From Eubacteriales bacterium (GTDB taxonomy: Bacteria > Bacillota > Clostridia > Oscillospirales > CAG-272): a DNA stretch of 64,000 bases. The stretch covers positions 41,036 to 105,035 of the forward strand of contig JAZQKI010000048.1 of the NCBI GenBank assembly GCA_045542075.1, written 5' to 3'. The first letter of the stretch is position 1; each line of letters begins with the position of its first letter. The notes beneath the pieces are model-generated. The model worked only from the letters and a program-made list of their open reading frames with translations. It did no database searches and had not been told where the DNA came from. The position numbers and the translations under genes were made by a program. Positions 39,367 to 48,502 of the stretch are shown here, in pieces.

Positions 39367-39867
39367 ATGAGTACAAAAATTAGAATTACAGTTGCAGATT
39401 TCGGTACAATGACTGCCGAACTTTATCCCGACAAGGCTCCCGAAACGGTTAAAAACTTTGTAAAGCTTGCAAAGGAAGGTTTCTTTAACGGCCTTATCTT
39501 CCACCGCGTTATTAAGGGATTTATGATTCAGGGCGGCGGATTCACACCCGAATTTCAGGAAAAGAGAGCACAGTCCATAAAGGGCGAGTTTATCTCCAAC
39601 GGATTTATGTCCAACAATCTCCGTCACACACGCGGCGTGCTTTCCATGGCGCGCACCTCCGCTCCCAACTCCGCGTCCTCGCAGTTCTTTATTATGCATA
39701 TGGACGCTCCTCACCTTGACGGCGCGTACGCGGGCTTTGGTAAGGTGATTGAAGGCATCGAGATAGTTGACATGATCGCAGGTGTCAAGACAGGCTCATG
39801 GGGCTGGTACGAGGACGTTCCCAGAACCCCCGTAGTTATCGAGAGCATAGAAGTTATCGAGGAATAA
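39367..39867 (+). CDS. Cyclophilin-type peptidyl-prolyl cis-trans isomerase
   Basis: FHRVIKGFMIQGGG, LSMART, NSASSQFFI, HLDGAYAGFGKV. Confidence 0.95.
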   Translation: MSTKIRITVADFGTMTAELYPDKAPETVKNFVKLAKEGFFNGLIFHRVIKGFMIQGGGFTPEFQEKRAQSIKGEFISNGFMSNNLRHTRGVLSMARTSAPNSASSQFFIMHMDAPHLDGAYAGFGKVIEGIEIVDMIAGVKTGSWGWYEDVPRTPVVIESIEVIEE

Positions 39868-39870
39868 TAA

Positions 39871-39914
39871 AATAAAGATCCGACAGTTTCGCAAGTCTGT
39901 CGGATCTTTATTTT
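39871..39914. terminator. Bidirectional terminator
   Basis: aataaagatccgacag...ctgtcggatctttatt. Confidence 0.85.
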
Positions 39915-40368
39915 ATAAGTATTTAATCAAGAAATAGATAACATATCCCCAGCCGAAGCATCCGTGAAGAATTGCCCAGCCTATAGAATGCCAATTTACA
40001 TAACTGATTATCATAGCCAACGCGCAACCAAAGCTTATTCCAGTTGTTGTGACGCGATGATTCATTTTATGCTCAAGCTCATTTATTTTGTTCTCACTTT
40101 GCTGTACCTTATACAACAGCATATTGTATTTTTCTTCGTCAAGCGCGTCCGTGCTGTCTGACCGTTTTCCCTCAAACAGCTCGGTTATAGTTATATCAAG
40201 CTCCTTACAAAGCAATTCAACTATAGAGTAATCGGGCAGACATTTTCCGTTTTCCCATTTAGAAATAGTTTTATTTGACACGTTCAGCTTCTCTGCGAGC
40301 TGCTCCTGCGTCAGATTTTTTTCCTTTCTCTTTGCCGCAATAAAGCGTCCTATGTCCTTTTGATTCAT
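39913..40368 (-). CDS. XRE-family HTH protein with C-terminal membrane segment
   Basis: LTQEQLAEKLNVSNKTISKWENGKCLPD; hydrophobic C-terminus; GGAGG RBS. Confidence 0.88.
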   Translation of the reverse strand: MNQKDIGRFIAAKRKEKNLTQEQLAEKLNVSNKTISKWENGKCLPDYSIVELLCKELDITITELFEGKRSDSTDALDEEKYNMLLYKVQQSENKINELEHKMNHRVTTTGISFGCALAMIISYVNWHSIGWAILHGCFGWGYVIYFLIKYL

Positions 40369-40544
40369 AACTGTCGCCTCCTTTTTGGTAATAATTTACC
40401 ACGTCAACATTGCATTTTCCACCCCTCATGTGGAGAATTTAGGTGGAATTCATTGTGTTTGAGCTTATTTTCGCGGGTTTTACATTCACATTACAAGCAT
40501 ACAGGCTATATTTCCCGCTCTCAGAATTGGGATTGCTTATATCA

Positions 40545-40662
40545 GGCTCTCCCCGTGGGAGCGCTCCCGACGAAGTCGGGTGAGAGAGTATTTGCGGCGG
40601 AACATCTCCGTCAGCCATCTTCGTCAGCCAAAGGCTGACACATCTCCCGAGAGGGGGAGACT
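40545..40662 (-). repeat. Hairpin-rich element, family 1 (divergent copy)
   Basis: Minus strand ctccccctctcgggaga-tgtcagcc...ctctcacccgacttcgtcgggagcgctcccacggggagagcc; same arm architecture as 24157 and 11412. Confidence 0.55.
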
Positions 40663-40675
40663 TTCTGCCCCACTC

Positions 40676-40722
40676 ATTATATCACAAAATCGGCAGAGGA
40701 GCAATACCTCTGCCGATTTTTA
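40676..40722 (-). promoter_or_regulatory. Terminator hairpin of PHP gene overlapping a promoter-like sequence
   Basis: aatcggcagagg-agcaata-cctctgccgatt; TTGCTC-17bp-TATAAT with extended TG on the minus strand. Confidence 0.55.
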
Positions 40723-40744
40723 ATAGGGTAAACCAATGCTTTTC

Positions 40745-41491
40745 TTATTCAAACGCAAGCTTTATTCCCAGCTGATTTATCTTGTTGCAATATTCCTTGA
40801 CTCTGTCAGGGCGGTATTCGGCGATTCTGTGGCCGTCAAATCCCACACTGAGTCTGACTCCCGACTCCCGCACAATTGCCTGCTGCTCCTTATCCTCAAA
40901 GAATTTGAGCATATATGGGTGCTCTCTGTATTGGTGAACACTGTCATAGCTGACGTTCATCTCCCAGAATATACCCTGCTCCGCCATTCTTTTGAAATAG
41001 TCGTAGGGCTTCTCTCCTATGCTCTCGATAAACTTGAACATATCCGTATGCGCGACTCCGACCGCTCCGCACCCGCACCTTTCGGCATACGAAAACAGAT
41101 CCCCGCGAGTGACGGTAAAATCCTTATCATCGTCCAGGGTTTCTATAAGACAGTAATCAAAAAACGAAATATCCGCATCCGCGGGCAGCGCGGTCCTTTT
41201 GAGGTGGGTGTGAGTGCATACCTCTATCCCTCGCAGAATATTGATCTTGTCCGCGTATTTTTCCTTTATGAGATTTATATGGTCAAAATAGCGTATGAGT
41301 GTCCTGTAATAATCATGCCCAAGATCACCCTCGTAGCAAAAGACGTCGTATCTCGCGTTCCCTATGCCGTGATTATGGTCGCAAATACCGAGCAGCTCGA
41401 TCCCACCAAGGATAGCTCCCTCGACCACGTCCTCAGGTCTGTCACCGCTGCAAAAGGAATAATACGTGTGGCTGTGAAGGTCCTGTATCAT
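40745..41491 (-). CDS. PHP-domain phosphoesterase/hydrolase
   Basis: QDLHSHT, ICDHNH, GIEV, AHTD, GFDGH. Confidence 0.85.
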   Translation of the reverse strand: MIQDLHSHTYYSFCSGDRPEDVVEGAILGGIELLGICDHNHGIGNARYDVFCYEGDLGHDYYRTLIRYFDHINLIKEKYADKINILRGIEVCTHTHLKRTALPADADISFFDYCLIETLDDDKDFTVTRGDLFSYAERCGCGAVGVAHTDMFKFIESIGEKPYDYFKRMAEQGIFWEMNVSYDSVHQYREHPYMLKFFEDKEQQAIVRESGVRLSVGFDGHRIAEYRPDRVKEYCNKINQLGIKLAFE

Positions 41492-41784
41492 CAGTCAACA
41501 ATATCAACAGTGACGTCATCGCTTGCAAGGTCGATAAAGTCAAGGTCGTCAACCTCTCTGGAAAAATGCGCTCTGAGGTTTGCCATAACTCTGTTATTAA
41601 ACTTCCTTTTAAGCGCAGTGTAGACGACAAATCCTATCGTTACCGCGCCGAGAATACAGAGAGCCGTGATGCAAAGTCCCTTCCAGAAATTCTTTTTTCT
41701 CTGAAGCTCAAGCTTTTCAGCAAATAACAAATTATATGCGTGATCCTTCATTTCGTCTATCCTTTCAACTATAACATCCTTCAT
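41491..41784 (-). CDS. Hypothetical single-TM protein
   Basis: 97-aa ORF coupled within the operon, one hydrophobic helix, GGAGG RBS. Confidence 0.7.
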   Translation of the reverse strand: MKDVIVERIDEMKDHAYNLLFAEKLELQRKKNFWKGLCITALCILGAVTIGFVVYTALKRKFNNRVMANLRAHFSREVDDLDFIDLASDDVTVDIVD

Positions 41785-41799
41785 GTTATTTCCCTCCGT

Positions 41800-43158
41800 T
41801 TAGTTCTTAAGACTATGTATAGGAGCGGGAATCCTTCCTCCTCTGCCTATAAATCCGGCAGGAGAATATCTGTTTATATCCATAATGGGCGCGCGGCCGA
41901 GAAGTCCGCCGTAGTCTATGCAGTCACCGACTCCCTTGCCGTAGGCGGGAATGACACGCACGGCTGTGGTCTTTGTATTGACTACTCCAATGGCTATCTC
42001 GTCAGCGATAATACCGCATATGACCGCCTCGTCCGTGTCACCGGGAATAGCTATCATATCAAGACCAACCGAGCATACAGCGGTCATAGCCTCAAGCTTT
42101 TCAAGCGTCAGCGCACCACGCTCGACAGCCGCTATCATGCCCGCGTCCTCGGACACGGGAATAAACGCGCCCGAAAGTCCTCCGACATGGCTTGACGCCA
42201 TAACTCCGCCCTTCTTGACGGCGTCGTTAAGCATAGCAAGTGCCGCGGTCGTTCCGTGACATCCGCAGGACTCAAGTCCCATATTTTCAAGTATGTGCGC
42301 CACACTGTCGCCTATAGCCGGTGTGGGTGCGAGCGACAGGTCAACTATACCAAACGGCACGTCAAGTCGTCTTGATGCCTCGCTCGCCACGAGCTGTCCC
42401 ACTCTCGTTATCTTAAAGGCCGTCTTTTTGATTATATCCGCAAGCTCGGACAGGTCGCACTCCCCCGCTCTTTGTATAGCGGAGCTTACAACACCGGGGC
42501 CTGACACACCTACGTTTATTACGCACTCATCCTCCCCAACTCCATGGAACGCCCCCGCCATGAACGGGTTATCCTCGGGTACGTTTGCAAACACGACGAG
42601 CTTTGCGCAGCCTATGGAGTCCTTGTCGCGGGTAAGATACGCAGCGCGCTTGACGGTCTGACCCATAAGGCGTATAGCATCCATATTCACTCCCGCCTTG
42701 GTGGATGCGACGTTTACCGACGAGCAGACAAAATCCGTCTGCGCAAGAGCCTCGGGGATAACGGAGATCATATTCCTTGCGCCCTGCGTCATACCCTTCT
42801 GCACAAGCGCGGAAAATCCACCTATGAAGTTTATTCCGAGAGTCTTTGCCGCTCTGTCAAGAGTCCTTGCGACCTTGATATATCCCTCGGGAGAAATGGC
42901 TCCACCTACAAGAGACACAGGGGTCACAGAAACTCGTTTGTTCACTATCGGGATACCGTATTCCTTTTCAATCCCGCAGCCCGTAGCGACAAGCTTTTCT
43001 GCCTTGGTAGTTATCTTATCGTAGATCTTCTCGCAAAGTCTGTCCTCGTCCTCACTCACGCAGTCGTAAAGCGAGATGCCCATGGTTATGGTACGGATGT
43101 CGAGGTTTTCCTCGCGTATCATGTTTATTGTTTCAAGTATATCTTTAGTATTTACCAT
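41800..43158 (-). CDS. PFL-like protein (UPF0210/DUF711)
   Basis: [42 protein letters not shown]. Confidence 0.92.
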   Translation of the reverse strand: MVNTKDILETINMIREENLDIRTITMGISLYDCVSEDEDRLCEKIYDKITTKAEKLVATGCGIEKEYGIPIVNKRVSVTPVSLVGGAISPEGYIKVARTLDRAAKTLGINFIGGFSALVQKGMTQGARNMISVIPEALAQTDFVCSSVNVASTKAGVNMDAIRLMGQTVKRAAYLTRDKDSIGCAKLVVFANVPEDNPFMAGAFHGVGEDECVINVGVSGPGVVSSAIQRAGECDLSELADIIKKTAFKITRVGQLVASEASRRLDVPFGIVDLSLAPTPAIGDSVAHILENMGLESCGCHGTTAALAMLNDAVKKGGVMASSHVGGLSGAFIPVSEDAGMIAAVERGALTLEKLEAMTAVCSVGLDMIAIPGDTDEAVICGIIADEIAIGVVNTKTTAVRVIPAYGKGVGDCIDYGGLLGRAPIMDINRYSPAGFIGRGGRIPAPIHSLKN

Positions 43159-43173
43159 TTTTCAGCCCGTCTT

Positions 43174-43443
43174 TCAGATATGATGCATCGTATTGAAAAT
43201 GTCCTCGTGCATTACGTGAATTTCAAGACCCATAGTGTGTCCCAGCTCTGCCATTTTGTCAACAAAATCGGAAAAAGGAAGCGTGAGCGCCTGTATATCC
43301 GCAAGCATTATCATGGCAAAATAGTCCGAAAGAACGCTCTGCGAAATATCAAGAATATTTGCCCCAACCTTTGCGCACTCGGTGGAAACCTTAGCGATTA
43401 TTCCAACTGAATCCTTGCCCGTTACGGTAATTACTGCCTTCAT
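43174..43443 (-). CDS. ACT domain protein (UPF0237)
   Basis: MKAVITVTGKDSVGII...NILDISQSV...HEDIFNTMHHI; usual partner of UPF0210. Confidence 0.92.
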   Translation of the reverse strand: MKAVITVTGKDSVGIIAKVSTECAKVGANILDISQSVLSDYFAMIMLADIQALTLPFSDFVDKMAELGHTMGLEIHVMHEDIFNTMHHI

Positions 43444-43652
43444 TTTGTGTCCTCGCATAAATATTTATTCGCCGCCTCAGCGGCTTAACTTAATTATACT
43501 ACACGGAGGTTGAAATATCAAGACGCTTTTACCCGTTTTTATTTATTTTTTAATATTTTTTGCCGCGTGAGATTGAAAAAAAATAATTTTTGTGTTATAA
43601 TATTTACAGTCGTAATTTGCGCTGACGCAACACACGGCTAAACGGAGGATAT

Positions 43653-44219
43653 ATGGCAAACGGAAGATACGAATATATAGTCAGTCAAAAATCCGAGGGA
43701 GATCTGCTCGCAAAAAAGATACTGTGCGTTTCGGGATATATACTTTTCCCCGTCGCCGCCGTTATACTGATAATAAACCTGTTCTACGGCTCGATGCTGC
43801 TCATTCCCGCGCTGATAGCGGTCGTTGGAGTAGAAATATTGCTCGTGTTTTTTACGTGGAGATTTACTCATATAGAATTTGAAAGCGTGATTCTGGATAA
43901 CAGACTTACAATAACTACAGTGGTAGCAAGATCCCGCAGAAAGGTCTCGTTGGAGCTTGACGTAAAAGCATTTTACGAGATAGGACTTTTTACCCCCGAG
44001 GCGTCCGACAGGATGGAGGGCATGACACTGCACAAGGACTACGTCTTCATTTCCTCTCTGGACTCCGAAAACATATATTACGGCATTTTTGCCGAAGGCG
44101 AGGAGCAGTGCGCGGTGTATTTTGAAACAACTCCGGAAGCATTTGCTCACTTAAAAAGACTTAACCACTCGGCGGCAAGACGCGCCGAAATCTCACAAAA
44201 AAAGGAAGAAATTTTATGA
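43653..44219 (+). CDS. Hypothetical membrane protein (DUF6106-like)
   Basis: Two N-terminal TM helices then a PH-like beta region; GGAGG RBS. Confidence 0.65.
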   Translation: MANGRYEYIVSQKSEGDLLAKKILCVSGYILFPVAAVILIINLFYGSMLLIPALIAVVGVEILLVFFTWRFTHIEFESVILDNRLTITTVVARSRRKVSLELDVKAFYEIGLFTPEASDRMEGMTLHKDYVFISSLDSENIYYGIFAEGEEQCAVYFETTPEAFAHLKRLNHSAARRAEISQKKEEIL

Positions 44220-44428
44220 AAAAGCAACCCGAAATAACAGTACGTCTCTCCGAGGACCTGCTCCGCAAGCTTCTCTACATATCGGAGGCTGAGGGCAGAA
44301 CTCCAAATAATCAGTTTTTGTTCATGCTTCGCAACAATATTCAGTATTTTGAGCGTACAAAGGGAAAATTTAACCAGCAAAAGCTCTCAGCTATGGACAT
44401 ATCCGAGTATATGTCCGATGACGAGTGA
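44216..44428 (+). CDS. Small ribbon-helix-helix (Arc-like) protein
   Basis: ITVRLSEDLLRKLLYISEAEGRTPNNQF; ATGA overlap with the upstream gene. Confidence 0.7.
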   Translation: MKKQPEITVRLSEDLLRKLLYISEAEGRTPNNQFLFMLRNNIQYFERTKGKFNQQKLSAMDISEYMSDDE

Positions 44429-44451
44429 TCAATCGCGCGAAAGGAGAACTT

Positions 44452-45438
44452 ATGCCTCTTTCAATATTTTTATTTTGTGTCGGTCTTGTGCTTCTTATAA
44501 AAGGCGGCGACTGGTTCGTGGATGGCTCCTGCGGCATAGCAAAGCGCTTCCGCATACCAGAGATACTGATCGGCGCGACCGTTGTATCCATTGGAACCAC
44601 TCTCCCCGAGGTCATGGTATCCGCAACGTCCGCTGTATCGGGACACGGTGAGATAGCCTACGGCAACGCGCTTGGATCTATAATATGTAACACCGCACTG
44701 GTTGCGGCAACGACAATCGCCATCAAGCCGTCAAAAATAGACCGCAAGCCTTTGATAATACCCGTTATTGCTTTTTTTGCATCGGCGACATTGTATGCCG
44801 TCGTGTCCTACACATCGGGCTATTTCAGCAGGCTCCTCGGAATATTGCTCCTTTGCATATTCTGCGGTTACATGATTTTCTCCATCATTCAATCCGTCAA
44901 AACTCCCTCGCTTGAGGCACCCGAGATAAAGGGAGAGCCGCAAGACCACGGGGACGTCAAACACTCGCCGCTGTGGAAGGATATTTTGTTTTTGGTCATC
45001 GGCGCGGCATTTATTGCCCTGGGCGCAAAGCTTCTCGTGGACCATGGCACTATTATCGCGACCGAGCTTGGCGTGCCCGAGGCTGTTATCGCGCTCACAT
45101 TTGTAGCGCTTGGCACCTCCCTGCCGGAGCTTGTCACCGCGATAACCGCTCTTATCAAAGGACACGGTGCGCTCTCTCTTGGAAACATTATCGGCGCAAA
45201 CCTCTTCAATCTTGTGCTTGTAAGCGGTGTTTCCATGACTCTTTCCCCGTTCTCTATCCCCGAAAACAGCACCATAGCGGGTGTAAATACCTCTCTTTTG
45301 ATAGATATTCCCGTAATGCTCACGGTAATGCTTATCATGACGGTCCCCACCCTTATACGCGGCAAGCTTTCACGCTGGCAGGGATTTTTACTGCTCGCGA
45401 TATATCTTGGCTTCTGCGTGTTCCAGTTTGTAATCTGA
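44452..45438 (+). CDS. Calcium/sodium antiporter (CaCA, YrbG-like)
   Basis: Two alpha repeats GTTLPE and GTSLPE, GNALGS and GNIIGAN. Confidence 0.93.
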   Translation: MPLSIFLFCVGLVLLIKGGDWFVDGSCGIAKRFRIPEILIGATVVSIGTTLPEVMVSATSAVSGHGEIAYGNALGSIICNTALVAATTIAIKPSKIDRKPLIIPVIAFFASATLYAVVSYTSGYFSRLLGILLLCIFCGYMIFSIIQSVKTPSLEAPEIKGEPQDHGDVKHSPLWKDILFLVIGAAFIALGAKLLVDHGTIIATELGVPEAVIALTFVALGTSLPELVTAITALIKGHGALSLGNIIGANLFNLVLVSGVSMTLSPFSIPENSTIAGVNTSLLIDIPVMLTVMLIMTVPTLIRGKLSRWQGFLLLAIYLGFCVFQFVI

Positions 45439-45447
45439 TACCGCAAC

Positions 45448-45480
45448 AAAAAATCGCTCTGCAGCCGCAGAGCGATTTTT
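45448..45480. terminator. Bidirectional terminator
   Basis: aaaaaatcgctctgc-agcc-gcagagcgattttt. Confidence 0.85.
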
Positions 45481-45486
45481 GTGTTT

Positions 45487-46476
45487 TCAGTTTCCTACCT
45501 GTGCGTCATAGTCATACGCCCAGACGTGATTTCCGCTTGTAAGCTTGCCGAAAATATATTTCATGGACGCGGATTCATTCATTATAAGAAGCTTTCCGTC
45601 CTTATAAACAAGCTCCTCTGCCATAGGGGGCGCAATTATAGTCGCGTCAAGACACGAGCTGTCAACGTACTTTATAGCAACCTGCTTGCCGTCAAGCGTG
45701 ACCGTGCCGTTTGCTACCTTGTCAAGATCGTAAACGTATATTCCGCTGGGATTGAGTCCCCAGGACGTAGAGAGGATAAGTCTTCCCTTGGAGTCAAAAG
45801 CCATTCCCTGCACCTGTCCGCGAGTGGACATAATATAGTCGGGGTCGGCGGAGGCGGGCTTTCCGTCCGCTCCAAGCGTGTAAACTGCCATTATTGCGGT
45901 GTTCTCATCACCCGCGGGAGTGGTATGTCTGTGCTCCTCGGGAGTCTCGTAATCTTCCGCGATATAAAACTCGCCCGTATAAAGCGTGTTTCCTCTTACG
46001 TAAACGTACGCGGACGAGACGCAAACGTCAAACACTCCGCACGCGGTAGCCGTGCCGTCATCGTCAAGCACGTCGCTTGTCTTAAACATAATGATCTGAT
46101 TTTTTGAGGACGCCGTTACGTAAATATAATCTCCGCCAAAGGAAAGTCCACCAACGTGTCCCGTATGGTCCGTGCCGTCAACATTCTTAAGCTGGACAAA
46201 TCTCGTGTTTCCGTCATTGTCGGCAATATATATTCTCGAAGCGGAGTGGTCCTTCATATACGTGGAGTATACGTAAAGCCCGAGCTCCTCGGAGTAGTCA
46301 AAGCCCTGCTGAACAGCGCCCGCCCAAAGGCCGTCTATGGCGAAAGCCTTGTCCGCGTTTTTGTAAAAGCTGCGATATTTAACTCTGTCAAAAATTGAAA
46401 AAGCGCTGATCGCAACAAGAACTATCAAAAGTATTGCCGCTACGACTATAGCTATTATTTTACCTGCTTTTTTCAT
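45487..46476 (-). CDS. Hypothetical exported protein, probable beta-propeller
   Basis: N-terminal anchor helix; repeated QGFD / HVGGL / VQGMAFD / AEEL blade-like motifs. Confidence 0.7.
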   Translation of the reverse strand: MKKAGKIIAIVVAAILLIVLVAISAFSIFDRVKYRSFYKNADKAFAIDGLWAGAVQQGFDYSEELGLYVYSTYMKDHSASRIYIADNDGNTRFVQLKNVDGTDHTGHVGGLSFGGDYIYVTASSKNQIIMFKTSDVLDDDGTATACGVFDVCVSSAYVYVRGNTLYTGEFYIAEDYETPEEHRHTTPAGDENTAIMAVYTLGADGKPASADPDYIMSTRGQVQGMAFDSKGRLILSTSWGLNPSGIYVYDLDKVANGTVTLDGKQVAIKYVDSSCLDATIIAPPMAEELVYKDGKLLIMNESASMKYIFGKLTSGNHVWAYDYDAQVGN

Positions 46477-46698
46477 AAATTTTCTCCTATCACATTATTT
46501 GTGTTGGCTTAATTATAGCATATCCGCGAAAAAATTGCAAGTACGATAGGCAATCTTAAGATTTTTTAAGAGTCTGCACCCATATTTTTCCTGAAAAAAC
46601 AAGTATAATGATTCCAAAAAACACAAATAATAAGAACGGACAAAATTCCTATAGAGCAAAAATTTTGTTAAAACCAGCACAGAAAGGCTTAAATATAT

Positions 46699-47241
46699 AT
46701 GAAAGCAACAGGAATCGTTAGAAGGATAGACGACCTCGGACGTGTCGTTATCCCCAAGGAAATAAGAAGAACAATGAGAATCCGCGAGGGCGACCCTCTT
46801 GAAATATTTACTGACCGCGACGGCGAGGTCATCTTCAAAAAATATTCTCCCATCGGCGAGCTGACCTCCTTTGCCGCTCAGTACTGCGAGACGTTGCACA
46901 AGACATGCAATCTCTCAGTCATCGTCTGCGACAGAGACTCGGTTGTCGCTTGCGCGGGACTGTCCAAAAAGGAATATTCGGATAAATCACTCTCCGAGGA
47001 GCTTGAGAGCATTATTGAGTCAAGGGGAATGTATATTTACCGTGAAGGCGGAGAAAAAATATACCCGCTCCGTGACAAAAGCGAGCATTTTATAAGCTGC
47101 GCAATGCCCATTATTTCAGAGGGAGACATCATAGGCTGCGTGGCTTCTCTTTGCGAGGACTCCCGCACACATGCCCCCGATATGACCGAGCAGAAGCTGG
47201 TTCAGACCGCTTCCGCGTTTCTCGGCAAGCAGCAGGAATGA
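46699..47241 (+). CDS. spoVT: Stage V sporulation protein T
   Basis: MKATGIVRRIDDLGRVVIPKEIRRTMRIREGDPLEIF AbrB-like N-terminus plus GAF-like C-terminus. Confidence 0.95.
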   Translation: MKATGIVRRIDDLGRVVIPKEIRRTMRIREGDPLEIFTDRDGEVIFKKYSPIGELTSFAAQYCETLHKTCNLSVIVCDRDSVVACAGLSKKEYSDKSLSEELESIIESRGMYIYREGGEKIYPLRDKSEHFISCAMPIISEGDIIGCVASLCEDSRTHAPDMTEQKLVQTASAFLGKQQE

Positions 47242-47276
47242 CATTTCTCGCTCGCACACTGTAATTCAATATAACA

Positions 47277-47315
47277 AAATCCTTACCCGAGCCGTTTGTT
47301 CGGGTAAGGATTTTT
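47277..47315 (+). terminator. Terminator after spoVT
   Basis: aaaatccttacccga...tcgggtaaggattttt. Confidence 0.85.
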
Positions 47316-47381
47316 GTCTTTGCAACGCCAAAACACCTATCTCTGTGTCAAATTCGTAGTTTTTTGTTGCAAAAATTCATA

Positions 47382-47410
47382 TTGACACGGCAAATCAAAT
47401 ATGTTAAAAT
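47382..47410 (+). promoter_or_regulatory. sigmaA promoter of fucU
   Basis: TTGACA-17bp-TAAAAT with extended TG; overlapped by AATCAAA repeats. Confidence 0.75.
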
Positions 47411-47446
47411 CAAATCGTAATCAAAATAATCTTTTGGAGGTTTTAT

Positions 47447-47887
47447 ATGCTTAAAGGTATTCCGAAAATTTTACCCCCCGAGCTGCTTAAGGTTTTGTGC
47501 GAGATGGGTCACAGCGACCGTATCTGTATAGCAGACGGCAATTTCCCCTCCGAATCCATGGGCAAGGATGCGATAGTCATCAGAATGGACGGACACGGTG
47601 TGCCCGAAATACTTGACGCTATACTCACAGTTTTCCCCCTCGATACATACGTTGAAAAGCCCGCTGTGCTTATGCAGCTTATGGACAGAGACGTAGGCAG
47701 AGTAGAAACTCCCATCTGGGATACGTATGCTGACGTTATCGCAAAGCACGACAGCCGCGGCCGTGAAGCTCTCGGCAACATCGACAGATTTGAGTTCTAT
47801 GAGGAAGCAAAGAAATGCTATTGCATTATCGCTACAGGCGAGAGCGCAATTTATGCAAACATTATGCTTCAGAAGGGTGTTATCTGA
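47447..47887 (+). CDS. fucU: RbsD/FucU family sugar mutarotase (L-fucose mutarotase-like)
   Basis: MLKGIPKILPPELLKVLCEMGHSDRICIADGNFP...RFEFYEEAK...ATGESAIYANIMLQKGV. Confidence 0.85.
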   Translation: MLKGIPKILPPELLKVLCEMGHSDRICIADGNFPSESMGKDAIVIRMDGHGVPEILDAILTVFPLDTYVEKPAVLMQLMDRDVGRVETPIWDTYADVIAKHDSRGREALGNIDRFEFYEEAKKCYCIIATGESAIYANIMLQKGVI

Positions 47888-47893
47888 TAGCTT

Positions 47894-48454
47894 ATGGGTA
47901 TTCTTGATGCTATTGTCGACTTTTTTTCGTCAATGACACCTACCGAGATCGTCGCTCAATGCTTTGGAGTAATAGGACTTGTCGTAATGGTCCTGTCATT
48001 CCAGTTCAAAAGCAACCGCACCCTGTTTATTATGCAGTCATCGGCGGCGTTCTGCTACGTTCTGCATTTTCTGCTTCTGGGTGCCTGGGCAGGAACGTTC
48101 TTTAACCTTTGCACACTCATCCGTGGCGTGCTGTTCATGAAGAACAGCCAAAAGCTGTGGAAGCTTGTGTTAGTGGAGGCGGCTTGCGTGGGATGCTACG
48201 CGTTCTCGCTCGTCATTGACCACAGTCTGGTTCAGGTGATCCTCGTCTCCCTCGTGCTTATAGGTCTTTTGAGCAGTACGTACTTTATGTGGAGGGGTGA
48301 GACCAAAAAGATCCGCTACTGTCAGATAGCATGCACTTCTCCCTTCTGGATAGCGTACAATGTCGCTTGCAGTGCGTATCCCGGTGTTATTTGCGAATGC
48401 TTCAATATGGTATCATCCGCGGTATTTCTTATCCGAGACAGAAAAAAATCATAA
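47894..48454 (+). CDS. YgjV-like inner membrane protein
   Basis: AQCFGVIG...SFQFK...HFLLLGAWAG; multi-TM. Confidence 0.7.
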   Translation: MGILDAIVDFFSSMTPTEIVAQCFGVIGLVVMVLSFQFKSNRTLFIMQSSAAFCYVLHFLLLGAWAGTFFNLCTLIRGVLFMKNSQKLWKLVLVEAACVGCYAFSLVIDHSLVQVILVSLVLIGLLSSTYFMWRGETKKIRYCQIACTSPFWIAYNVACSAYPGVICECFNMVSSAVFLIRDRKKS

Positions 48455-48459
48455 AATCA

Positions 48460-48496
48460 AAGACGCCTGTTGGCTTTCACCAACAGGCGTTTTTTT
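48460..48496. terminator. Bidirectional terminator
   Basis: acgcctgttgg-ctttca-ccaacaggcgt-tttttt. Confidence 0.85.
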
Positions 48497-48502
48497 ATGA
48501 GA

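Noticed and set aside
24587-39912. Shared ccgacag/ctgtcgg stems in the terminators at 24587 and 39871
   Set aside because: Only 7-8 bp are shared and the loops differ, which is not enough to claim a common origin.
46603-46632. sigmaG-like promoter upstream of spoVT (GTATA-18-AATAATA)
   Set aside because: Biologically plausible, but the match is weak in AT-rich DNA and overlaps an equally good TATAAT, so it is not listed as a feature.
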